A stretch of DNA of 64,000 nt from Naegleria gruberi (taxonomy: Eukaryota): NCBI GenBank assembly GCA_000004985.1, contig GG738886.1. One strand, written 5' to 3'. The position numbers and the translations under genes are program-made. This document shows, piece by piece, positions 54,942-64,000 of this stretch (positions are counted from its first letter, which is position 1; every line of letters begins with the position of its first letter). The notes beneath the pieces were generated by a model, which had not been told where the DNA came from, did no database searches, and worked only from the letters and a program-made list of their open reading frames with translations.

Positions 54942-56906
54942 TTATTTAATATCCAGGTTTGGAGTTTCAACTCGTGCGTTTGCCAAATTCTCTATACATT
55001 CCAAATGGTAAGATACAAAATTGTAAACTGATGGATCAGTAACTTTCAAACTTTCAATACTTTCTTTAAACTCTTTAAATTCTCCAAGAAGTGGTGTTAA
55101 TTCATCCTTTGATTTTAAAAGTACGGCCTTACACAAAAGTTTTTGTAAAAAAACTCTTGGATCCTGTTTGTACTTTTCAATATAAATATCAATTTTTTCA
55201 AGACATTGATCAGCAAGTCCTAAATCAACCATACAATTAGTTGCACCGAAAAATGCTTCCACAACAATATTCTTGTTGTGAAGGTCAAAATCATATTGGT
55301 CTACTGTAGCATAGGCTTCAATAGCCGATTCATACATGCCACAAGAGTGATAACATACACCTTGATTCATATATAAAATAGGAATATTTGGATGTCTCGA
55401 ATATAGTTCTGTTTGGCTTGAGTAATACAGCCCATTGTTGCCATGCATTTGGCTAGCCTCTACTGAATCAGCAGTTTTTGAGGCCCTAGCATAAACATGG
55501 GCCAATAATAGAGAAATTGGTGTGAATTTGAGATCATTGATCCTCTCCACTTGTTGTTTTGACTCCACTTCTGAAAATTGATTTTTGGAAATATTTGGAT
55601 ATGGAAGCATTGGCATTGTTGAAAGTATCTGAAGTGCCTTCTCTAAATGTGAAATTGCTACCAAGTAATGTTCATTGGCTTGGCTTTCTTGTGTGTATTG
55701 TAAGGTTTGGGCTGTTGCAGTCACACTGTAGGCATACAAGTAGTGAAGATAGATATTTTCTGGTTCTGCATTCACACATTCTTCCAGGATATCCAAAATG
55801 GCTTCTCTGTTTACAGTGTCAAACTTGGCATTTAACTCGGTTGTAGCCTTAATGGCTCTGATAAAATTTCCAAGATGTATTGGCATATCTGTTTCAACAT
55901 CCTCAAACCAATCAAATTCCTCCTCTGAAAATGTTCTATCCAGGTAGGAAAATGCATTCTGATGAGCATTATTTTTCAAAGTATCCATATCAGTAATTTG
56001 CTTGGCATTAGTGTATGCATTCTTAGTAATCTCATAGGCAGAGCTTAACGATTCTGCATAGTTGCACAACTCGTTGAGATCACCTGGACCACCTCTAATT
56101 CTAAAAAAGACAAAAAAGCAGGCAGCAATTAATGATTCCTTTGTAGAAAGATTGATATTTTGAATTTGTGGCACAAAAGCAGAGTTGGACAATTGTGCTT
56201 CATAAATGGAAAATAATAAAAGAGTGTCATCTACTTTGGAACCAGTAGGATACAAGTATCTGAATGGTTCTACACTTGCCTCTGGATTGAATGCTCTTTG
56301 TAACTCTTCGAGAGAGAACCATTCTTGATTAACACCTTTCAAAAGCAATAGTTCAACCTTTTTCATGAGAATGTAACTCTTCATACCAATACTCGAATTG
56401 TAAAATTTAGTGTTGGTTGAATCAGCTCTTGGAACTGTTTGATGGCAATAGGATATTAACTTTAAAATTTCATCAAATAATCCAGAACCTTGAAAAGTTT
56501 GATCGGGATGATTAATTCTATTTTGCATAATAAAACTGGTAATTTGTTTAAATGTATTATCCAAAAATTGATAATTTTCCAATAATTCTGCTTCTTCTTG
56601 AATACTTAATGTGTTATTGTTATTAGAATCAGAAAGATTTTTGGATGAGAAGGAGAATGATCTTTTTGTTATATTGTCATTATGAAGATTAAAAATTGAT
56701 ACTTTTCCTTCCTGACAATGATGATTAATCCATGATGATGATGATAAATTTCTGCTACAATAATTAGAGAAAGATGATGATTGCGCTGGTATTATCTTTT
56801 TGAAAATATTTCTTCTTATCAGTGAAGCTGATGATGAACAAGTAGAAGTAGTAATATTCCGATGTTGATGTAATAATAAATTTCTAACGAGTTGTTGTTT
56901 CTTCAT
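54942..56906 (-). CDS. hypothetical protein with TPR-like C-terminal region
   Basis: ATG-initiated ORF of 654 aa. Confidence 0.5.
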   Translation of the reverse strand: MKKQQLVRNLLLHQHRNITTSTCSSSASLIRRNIFKKIIPAQSSSFSNYCSRNLSSSSWINHHCQEGKVSIFNLHNDNITKRSFSFSSKNLSDSNNNNTLSIQEEAELLENYQFLDNTFKQITSFIMQNRINHPDQTFQGSGLFDEILKLISYCHQTVPRADSTNTKFYNSSIGMKSYILMKKVELLLLKGVNQEWFSLEELQRAFNPEASVEPFRYLYPTGSKVDDTLLLFSIYEAQLSNSAFVPQIQNINLSTKESLIAACFFVFFRIRGGPGDLNELCNYAESLSSAYEITKNAYTNAKQITDMDTLKNNAHQNAFSYLDRTFSEEEFDWFEDVETDMPIHLGNFIRAIKATTELNAKFDTVNREAILDILEECVNAEPENIYLHYLYAYSVTATAQTLQYTQESQANEHYLVAISHLEKALQILSTMPMLPYPNISKNQFSEVESKQQVERINDLKFTPISLLLAHVYARASKTADSVEASQMHGNNGLYYSSQTELYSRHPNIPILYMNQGVCYHSCGMYESAIEAYATVDQYDFDLHNKNIVVEAFFGATNCMVDLGLADQCLEKIDIYIEKYKQDPRVFLQKLLCKAVLLKSKDELTPLLGEFKEFKESIESLKVTDPSVYNFVSYHLECIENLANARVETPNLDIK

Positions 56907-57267
56907 TTTTTTTTCTTTAAAGAAGCCTTTTTTGTAGTTTACATTATTTACTGTAATGATGTTAAATAGTTATTTTTCTTTACAATAAATATTTAACATT
57001 ACAGTAGCTTACTTTGTTAACAACAACGTTTGTGGTTCAACTATGTGTGAAAAACAGCATCTTTGATATTCACACACCGATTCTTTAACAAACCGATGAG
57101 GACGTACTTTCTGCATAGTTTCTACGTGCTCTTTCTTCCTCTTCGTCCTCAATATACAAATTAGTAAATATGGCGCCAAAATGAAAAACACATAAATGCA
57201 AGGTCATGACACCTGTGAACCACACAAGAAATACAAAACAACAATCAAAAAAATAACATTAAACAAA

Positions 57268-58292
57268 ATGGTCAAGGTCCTCGTTCTTTTCTACTCTACT
57301 TATGGTCACATCTGGCAAATGGCTGGTTCGTATCTAGATTCAATGAATATAATTTATTAATCAATATTTTTCAAATAATTGCTCAACTTTTTTGATGTTA
57401 AAATTATAATAATAATAATTATTAATACAAAAACAACTCAATTTGATATTTTTTAACATTGAAATAATTAGAGGCTATTGCTGAAGGTGCTAGACAAGTT
57501 GAAGGTGCTGAAGTTGTTGTCAAGAGAGTCCCAGAAACTCTCCCAACTGAAGTCTTGGAAAAGATGTACGCTGTTGATGCTCAAAAGGCCTTTGCTCACA
57601 TTCCAGTTGTATGTATTGATATAGTTATAATTACATATTTATTAACTTGAAATCATTCAATTTTTTTTGATTGACCATCTTGTTATTGAACTACTCATTA
57701 ACATTATCAAAATAATATGAAAAATAATAGGCTACTACTGAAGAGCTCCCATCCTATGACGCTATCATCCTCGGTTCACCAACTAGATTCGGTACTATGG
57801 CTGGTCAATTGAAATCCTTCTTGGATGCTACTGGTGGTCTCTGGGCTACTGGTGCTTTGGTTGGTAAGGTTGGTTCCTTCTTTACTTCTAGTGCTACACA
57901 ACACGGAGGAAATGAAACAACCATTATTTCATCTATCCCAGGTTCGTATTTTTATACTATATTTGGTAATAACCATTTTAACTTTATTTGAATTATTTCA
58001 TTTATCAACAGTCTTCCTTCACCACGGAATGGTCTATGCTGGTTTGCCTTACTCTTGTGCCACTCAAATGGGTTTGGACGAAATTAAGGGAGGTTCACCA
58101 TACGGTGCTACTACCATTGGTATGTTTTGAATTATGTTGAGTTTTATTAATATTTATTAATCAATTATTTTACTGAAATAATCTGAAACAGCTGGTGGAA
58201 AGGGTGAAAGATTACCATCTGACCAAGAAAAGGAAATGGCTAGATTCCAAGGAAAGCACGTTGCTACTCTTGCTAAGAAGTTGTCCCAATAA
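57268..58292 (+). CDS. WrbA-type NAD(P)H:quinone oxidoreductase (flavodoxin-like), 5 exons (204 aa)
   Basis: Exons 57268..57325, 57472..57608, 57731..57941, 58012..58119 and 58192..58292. Introns have GTTCGT or GTATGT donors and ttag, atag or acag acceptors. Product [44 protein letters not shown]...[31 protein letters not shown]...[31 protein letters not shown]..., with C/G-ending codon bias. Confidence 0.85.
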
Positions 58293-58802
58293 TTTATCAA
58301 TTTTAATTTATTAAAGATTTAATTTTTAATCTCAATATATGATGAATCAAAGATTTTTAATCTCAAAAAATTATTCAACTGAGCTTTAATTTGTTGGAAA
58401 TCAAAGTGCATTCGGCATCATTTCTCTCCGAAGATACACCTCTCTTCATTTCTTGCATGAATATTTTATTAAGAATCAATTGTAATGCCTAAATCCATTC
58501 ATTCAACAATGAATTCTTCATTCATTTATATAAATTATTATCATTTAACTTGTTCTGACTTAGATTACGTTCTAGATTTCCAACAAAGTAGCATCTGCAT
58601 TCTAGATGATAAGCATTACAATTATAGTACATCCACATTTCAAGTATCAGATTACAACTATTTGTTAAAGTAACTTACAAGGAGAAAATCATCTCAATAG
58701 CATTACATGACATTTGGTTGATTTTATATGAATGCATGAATAAACATTCCATTCTTGGACGAACCATTGATTGTGTGAATGTAGCAAAATCAATGATTTA
58801 TT

Positions 58803-60020
58803 TCACACTTGTATGATTGGTGCTGTATTGGTTGTTGTGATAATAGTTGTGGTCTTTAATTGCACAACCTTGGAATCTGATTTTAAATCTTCTTCACTTA
58901 CAAAATCCATATTTGCCTGTTGCAATAAATATTCCTCTCTTGCTCTAACTCTAATGCAGTACCATCTCAATAAAACCAGAACAATACAGCTAATGAATGA
59001 TACACTGAACAGGAAGAGCGTGAGGGTAATATAAATAATGAGCTCATCTGATAGGGCTGCACATGGCCATCCAATGGGTTGAACAGCAATCCTTGTTGCC
59101 CTACCACATGATGCAAAAGCTCTCCATTCTAAATTCAAATGATTTGACATGAGTTCAGTGAATACCTGTCCACCTCCATACCAACTCACAGTTGAGGTAG
59201 TTACCAAAATTTTGTAACTACAATTCGAACCCTTCACACAATAATAATCAACTGGAATGTTTTTAACTGTTTGATGTTCATAGAATGGTGAAAATACTAC
59301 ACTGCTCTGAATGGGTGAGTGACAAATAACTCTTTCTAATGGAAATGATTCCTCAATCTTGATATTAAACGTCACTACATTCATTGAAGATAAAACCAAT
59401 ACAATTTTTTTTCCTAATTTAGGAATGGCTTGTAAGGATATTTCAACCTTACTAGCGTCTTCATTCCCAACCGAGACGAATAATAATTGGGTATCCCTTG
59501 TATCATTGTTACTTTCTATATTCTCCTGGAAAGCCATTGATTCACTTGTTGTGCAGGCAAGACAAAATTGAGTATTCAATTCAGGAATTATGTAAGCAGA
59601 AGGTTGTTCCGAATATGAAGCAGTTGATGATAATTCCTTTCCTACTACCATGCCAATACCACTATTTAAAACCAGTATTATCATACATAAACATAATATA
59701 CAAATTATTTGATAGAGTTGATGAAGTGATATGGAAGATAATGTTTCTATTATTATCATTATTAGAGGATTATTTTTCCTCTCCACTTCCACTACTGTAT
59801 TTGCATTCTTTTGCTTATTAATTGTTTCATAACGATTCTTCTGGTTATAATTAGTATTAGTGGTGATGATGATTGTCTGATGATGATTATTCATTGACAA
59901 TTCCCGTTTTTTGGTAACGTTAGATTTCGAGACTGTTTTTTCTCCTGACATTGAATCATCATCATTGTTGAAACATTCCATCCAACAAGTGGTGTACCTA
60001 CTAGTAGTACAACGGAACAT
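58803..60020 (-). CDS. membrane protein (N-proximal and C-proximal TM segments)
   Basis: ATG at 60020, 405 aa. Confidence 0.5.
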   Translation of the reverse strand: MFRCTTSRYTTCWMECFNNDDDSMSGEKTVSKSNVTKKRELSMNNHHQTIIITTNTNYNQKNRYETINKQKNANTVVEVERKNNPLIMIIIETLSSISLHQLYQIICILCLCMIILVLNSGIGMVVGKELSSTASYSEQPSAYIIPELNTQFCLACTTSESMAFQENIESNNDTRDTQLLFVSVGNEDASKVEISLQAIPKLGKKIVLVLSSMNVVTFNIKIEESFPLERVICHSPIQSSVVFSPFYEHQTVKNIPVDYYCVKGSNCSYKILVTTSTVSWYGGGQVFTELMSNHLNLEWRAFASCGRATRIAVQPIGWPCAALSDELIIYITLTLFLFSVSFISCIVLVLLRWYCIRVRAREEYLLQQANMDFVSEEDLKSDSKVVQLKTTTIITTTNTAPIIQV

Positions 60021-61015
60021 GTTGCTGTTAATTCAGGTAATAAAAAGGAGTTTGGAGTTTGGATGAGTGAATATTCTACGTATACGTTGATAATGAAAAA
60101 AACCCGCCTTGATGATTTACAGTAGAGACTCCACAACTTTTGATCGAAGGCTTTGCGTTGTTGTGTGTCCTGTTGATTTGATGACTGTTTGATCAAAAAA
60201 TGTTGTGATGATGAATTGATGAATAGAAATTTCTTGTACTGGAGATGAAATATTGAAAATGGTGGTTCGGATTCTTTGTGGATCTAATAATAATAATATT
60301 ATCTGTTGTTGAATATGAGAAGAACTATTCGTTTGTTTTTTTCATTATTGAACCATCACGTCTCATCTGTGATTCTCCAGCAAACAATGGTACATGATGG
60401 AAACACTTGATATGTTGTGTGGTGATGCACTGTTACATATTGTTCATAATATTGCAAATTGGAAGGTTATGATAATTAGCAGAGAAATCAATCAAATTTC
60501 GTCTAATCACTTTGGAAATGGATGGATAAAGCGGCCAATAAAATAGTAGATCTTCTATTCATTGACAATGTTTACAGTTAAGGGAACTGTAGATTCATTT
60601 GTTGGAATTGTAATGTCTTGTAAAATTGAATAATTTGAGAATAGTTGGAAGTTTGAAATAACTATTGACAAGACACTTCTTAATTAGGTGAAGAACTTTT
60701 ATTTACCAAGCGAAACGTTGTATTTATTGTTGTTTGCGAGCATTTTCCTTAAATCCAAATTCTCTTTAGTATCCATTGAAAGCAACTCTTTATTCCAATC
60801 TTATTTCTTAGTTCAAAAATTTGAAAATGCACTGAATAGTCTACATCTTTTTACGGAATTAGGAAATAATAAGACATTATATTTTTAGAGGGATAATTTG
60901 TTGAAAAATATTAATTTTCCTATTTGAAAAATAACTATATCAAGTTGTTTACTTAAATGGCTAAAGTCAAGCCTCATTACTCTCTTTTAATAAACCTTAA
61001 CTTAAGATTGTGAAT

Positions 61016-61133
61016 GGCTACGGCCATATCACGATGAATGCACCTCATCCCGTCCGATTTGAGAAGTTAAGCATCGTCGAGCCACATCAGTACTGAGGTT
61101 GGAGACAACTTGGGAACCTGTGGTGCTGTAGTC
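61016..61133 (+). rRNA. 5S rRNA
   Basis: GGCTACGGCCATATCACGATGAATGCACCTCATCCCGTCCGATTTGAGAAGTTAAGCATCGTCGAGCCACATCAGTACTGAGGTTGGAGACAACTTGGGAACCTGTGGTGCTGTAGTC plus TTTT; the termini pair as helix I. Confidence 0.9.
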
Positions 61134-61289
61134 TTTTAATCTTAGATAAATCAACAGGATTCAAATTGTGCGTATTGAGCTTGAGAGGTTATAAATAACA
61201 TTATGAACTATTGTAAATATTGTGTGAATGATTTAGGTTTTATTTACAATGATTTGCCTAGGTTTACAACATTTTGAGTTAAATGGAGA

Positions 61290-61505
61290 TTACCACTTTT
61301 TGAATTGTTTGTTTCTCATTTCTAAAGTATTATGTGATTGAGATTTGGAAGTTTTGCTTGTTTCACTTCCAATAGAATTCAATGTTTTGTAATCAATTAA
61401 ATTTCTTTTTCTTGTTCCACCCACAATATTATCCAGAGAAATTTCGGAAATAAATTGTGAAGTGTTATTGGAGGAATTATACATATTTCTTCTTGTTGAG
61501 ACCAT
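61290..61505 (-). CDS. diverged paralog (B') of the small basic SGTRxRNxIDY protein family
   Basis: DNIVGGTRKRNLIDYKTLNSIGSE compares to SNIISGTRHRNNIDYHHANLNGKQ. The ATG lies inside the shared A segment, and the gene is divergently oriented from the B copy. Confidence 0.45.
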   Translation of the reverse strand: MVSTRRNMYNSSNNTSQFISEISLDNIVGGTRKRNLIDYKTLNSIGSETSKTSKSQSHNTLEMRNKQFKKW

Positions 61506-61905
61506 TTTCTTATTGTTATTTTGTTTTGTTGGGGAAATTTCATCATCCGATCAACAGTTATTTATTTCCAGCTAGAAATGCTTCATCAAATTCTTCAAAT
61601 TCTTCCGAAGATAGAATTCCAACTAAAACACAATGGACAAGATCTAAACCAATTGATTTATCTAAAAGATTACCATTATTTGATATTGATACTTCTAATA
61701 TTATAAGTGGAACTAGACATCGTAATAATATTGATTATCATCATGCAAATTTAAATGGTAAACAAATTTCAGTGAAAAGATCTTCGAAAAATTCAATTGA
61801 AAAGAGAGCTAAACAACAATCGAACACCACAACTAAGAAGATTACCAAATCGAAAAAGATGTAAATTACAACTTGTAAATAATTCAGTAAATTGTAAATA
61901 AAATA
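61502..61905 (+). repeat. dispersed repeat copy 2 (A 61502..61570 + B 61569..61905) with intact small basic ORF frame (no in-frame ATG)
   Basis: About 90% identical to the inverted copy at 22586..22979, with near-identical sequence through the stop codon and 45 nt beyond. A ends ttatttatttccag, which is acceptor-like. Confidence 0.7.
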
Positions 61906-62255
61906 ATTTGTTTTGAAATAGATGAAGTTTCAATTTAGAATTGATCAGAATATGAGAAACCAAAATTTGGATCAAGCAATTCACATGTCTAATGTTCAAT
62001 AAATTTGAGGTTGATCAACCTTTTCAATTTCTTCAACAACCTGTTATTTGAACACAACAAGATTCGTCCAGAACTCTTGCCTTCACTGTTCATACAGTCA
62101 AAGACTGTAGCGGGATAGTCGCCATATTCCTGGCAGGCTTCCCGTCTAAATTAACAATTGAAAGACAAACAACAAAATCTTATTTACTTGAACTCTTTAA
62201 CTTATTCCTTCATTTTTTCAATTTATTTATTATTCATTGTATTAAGGCAATAAAT

Positions 62256-62340
62256 GGCTACGGTATATCGATTCATAGAGTTAAACATTGATTTTGAGTG
62301 ATGAATAGCTGTACCCAAACCATTTTACAAGTATTAAATT
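62256..62340 (+). pseudogene. degenerate 5S rRNA fragment
   Basis: GGCTACGGTATATCGATTCATAGAG...GATTTTGAG keeps the 5S 5' end and the GATTTGAG box at the right spacing, then decays. Confidence 0.35.
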
Positions 62341-62616
62341 TTTCCAATAATCACCTTTTAAATTCAAAACCATTAAGAGTCAAATTGCATTCAATTCACG
62401 AACAACAAGTTAAAATTCATTATTGCATGTACAGCTTAAGCAATACTTACTAAACATGAACCAAATTTGTGTCCAGAAACAAAAATCGGTTCATTGAAAG
62501 AATTTCTTTGCAGAAGAACTACTTTCTAAAAATATATACATCTCAAAACAATATAAAAAGCAAGGAACTGTTTTGAATTCAAGAAAAACAATAAGAAAAA
62601 CAAGACAACAAACACA

Positions 62617-63075
62617 ATGCAATTATTTGTCAAGACACTCACTGGAAGAACTATCACTTTGGAGGTTGAATCTAATGATTCAATTGAAAACGTGAAAAGA
62701 AAAGTACAAGATAAGGAAGGAATTTCACCAGATCAACAAAGACTCATCTTTGCTGGGAAACAATTGGAAGATGGCAGAACTATTAATGATTACAACATTC
62801 AAAAAGATTCAACTCTTCATTTGGTGTTGAGATTAAGAGGAGGAATGCAACTTTTTGTAAAAACTTTAACTGGAAAGACAATCACTATTGAAATGGAATC
62901 GAATGATACTGTTGAGAATATGAAACAAAAGATATTTGATAAGGAAGGTATTCCTTCAGATCAACAACGATTGATTTATGCCGGTAAGCAATTGGAAGAT
63001 GGAAGAACTATTGGTGATTACAATCTTCAAAAGGATTCAACTGTGCATTTAGTATTGAGATTGAGAGGTGGTTAA
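62617..63075 (+). CDS. divergent di-ubiquitin (two non-identical 76-aa repeats, ends GG-stop)
   Basis: [19 protein letters not shown]...LRLRGG followed by [19 protein letters not shown]...LRLRGG. K6, K27, K29, K33, K48 and K63 are retained, but each repeat differs from canonical ubiquitin at many positions. Confidence 0.85.
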   Translation: MQLFVKTLTGRTITLEVESNDSIENVKRKVQDKEGISPDQQRLIFAGKQLEDGRTINDYNIQKDSTLHLVLRLRGGMQLFVKTLTGKTITIEMESNDTVENMKQKIFDKEGIPSDQQRLIYAGKQLEDGRTIGDYNLQKDSTVHLVLRLRGG

Positions 63076-63300
63076 GTTTGCAAAATATCATAGATTCTTT
63101 CAATTATTGTCAATAAATTATTCATTGAATAGCGTATTCTTGTATGAGTATAATTTATAAATCAATTGATAATAAACAAAAACAAGTCGATTGTAACTTA
63201 TACGTACTCAATTTTACATTTATTTTTCAATGCAGTTCAGAAATTTCAGAGGGAAACAAGGGTTGAACCGATTCAAGTTTCACAATTTAAGATGATTAAT

Positions 63301-63418
63301 GGCTACGGCCATATCACGATGAATGCACCTCATCCCGTCCGATTTGAGAAGTTAAGCATCGTAGAGCCACATCAGTACTGAGGTTGGAGACAACTTGGGA
63401 ACCTGTGGTGCTGTAGTC
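63301..63418 (+). rRNA. 5S rRNA (second copy)
   Basis: Identical to 61016..61133 except one substitution (cgtAgagcc), followed by a T-run. Confidence 0.9.
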
Positions 63419-63490
63419 TTTTTACCTTGGATAAATCAATAGGATCACTTAAATATCGTTAATGGATTAATTTATTAGAACATGGATACC

Positions 63491-64000
63491 TTAAAGCCCC
63501 TCTGACCAACCATTGAGCATGTTATCAACTGCACCAAGAATAAGTTGGGAAGTTGTTGGTTTCAATAACTGAGCGATGTAACCCGGATCACCAGTTGAGG
63601 TGGCTGCTTGATCATTTCCAAGAATATTGAAACATTGGCCGTACTCAAGTTGTGTTTCTTGAACGAGTGGAAGTGAAAAACCTCCCTTCTCTGGTCCCAC
63701 ATAGATTGTTTGATTCAGTGGGAAACAGAAATCACTTCTGAATTGTAAATCTTGAAAGTGAGGAAGCATGACTGCCTGTTTTGGTGTCTTTTTCATTACT
63801 AAGACATTGTATAGATTGAGAATAGAGTATTCATGAAGTCCCCCTCCTATTGTTCCTTGAGCAAGTAATGGTTTACCTCTTAATGTTACAATAATTGGTT
63901 GGAGTGGATTGAGAATTTGTTGACCTCCCTTCACAGATGCCAGTTGACCTAAATTGGAGGAGATTGCATCGGATAGAGGAATGCCACCAACAATCAAGCC
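63491..64000 (-). CDS. hypothetical protein, N-terminus beyond window
   Basis: Open minus-strand frame running off the right edge, with its stop at 63491. Confidence 0.4.
   Translation of the reverse strand, partial: GLIVGGIPLSDAISSNLGQLASVKGGQQILNPLQPIIVTLRGKPLLAQGTIGGGLHEYSILNLYNVLVMKKTPKQAVMLPHFQDLQFRSDFCFPLNQTIYVGPEKGGFSLPLVQETQLEYGQCFNILGNDQAATSTGDPGYIAQLLKPTTSQLILGAVDNMLNGWSEGL

Noticed and set aside
63166-63381. 71-aa ORF overlapping the second 5S rRNA gene
   Set aside because: It is the sequence of the 5S rRNA itself; the translation is spurious.

Overview
This 64 kb window is AT-rich (about 70% A+T), gene-dense eukaryotic nuclear DNA. Nearly every long ORF is a eukaryotic-type protein, and several genes are only recovered by joining ORF-track fragments across very short GT..AG introns of 37-56 nt; SCS-beta and the WrbA-like gene also carry longer introns of 70-325 nt. 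The introns use GTAAGT, GTAGGT, GTACGT, GTATGT or GTTCGT donors and YAG acceptors. Pol-III genes are present, each followed by a T-run terminator: two identical tRNA-Leu(UAA)-like copies, one tRNA-Phe(GAA), two intact 5S rRNA genes and one degenerate 5S fragment. The 5' end of the window (minus strand) carries a TET/JBP-family 2OG-Fe(II) dioxygenase domain that I recognise as extremely close to Naegleria NgTet1. The likely source is therefore a heterolobosean amoeba (Naegleria), which is an inference from protein similarity and genome style. That Tet ORF has no in-frame ATG and lies in the +1 frame directly behind a 940-aa ORF. The 940-aa ORF has a RAG1/Transib-like D..K...EV / C..C..HH signature, so the pair is a candidate transposase-Tet fusion or transposon-borne Tet. 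Other recognisable genes are tRNA m5C methyltransferase (NSUN2/Trm4), Cdc123, succinyl-CoA ligase beta, a 5-exon WrbA-type NAD(P)H:quinone oxidoreductase, and a canonical 3-exon G-alpha. A second, motif-dead G-alpha-like protein, an RFWD3-like RING-WD40 E3, a DUF4116 repeat protein, a DUF1295 / steroid-reductase-like membrane protein, an NHL-repeat protein, a VOC/glyoxalase protein, and a divergent di-ubiquitin bracketed by 5S genes are also present. Four F-box proteins occur, two of them fused to a Rab-like GTPase and a P-loop NTPase. A 5-exon gene encodes Cys-rich N-terminus + AIG1-type GTPase + protein kinase. Two START-like paralogs lie on opposite strands, and there is one kinase pseudogene. 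Non-genic oddities are a roughly 400 bp repeat present twice in inverted orientation 38.6 kb apart, encoding a small basic ORF family in a divergent/palindromic arrangement, and two GC-elevated ORF-free islands that share a motif.
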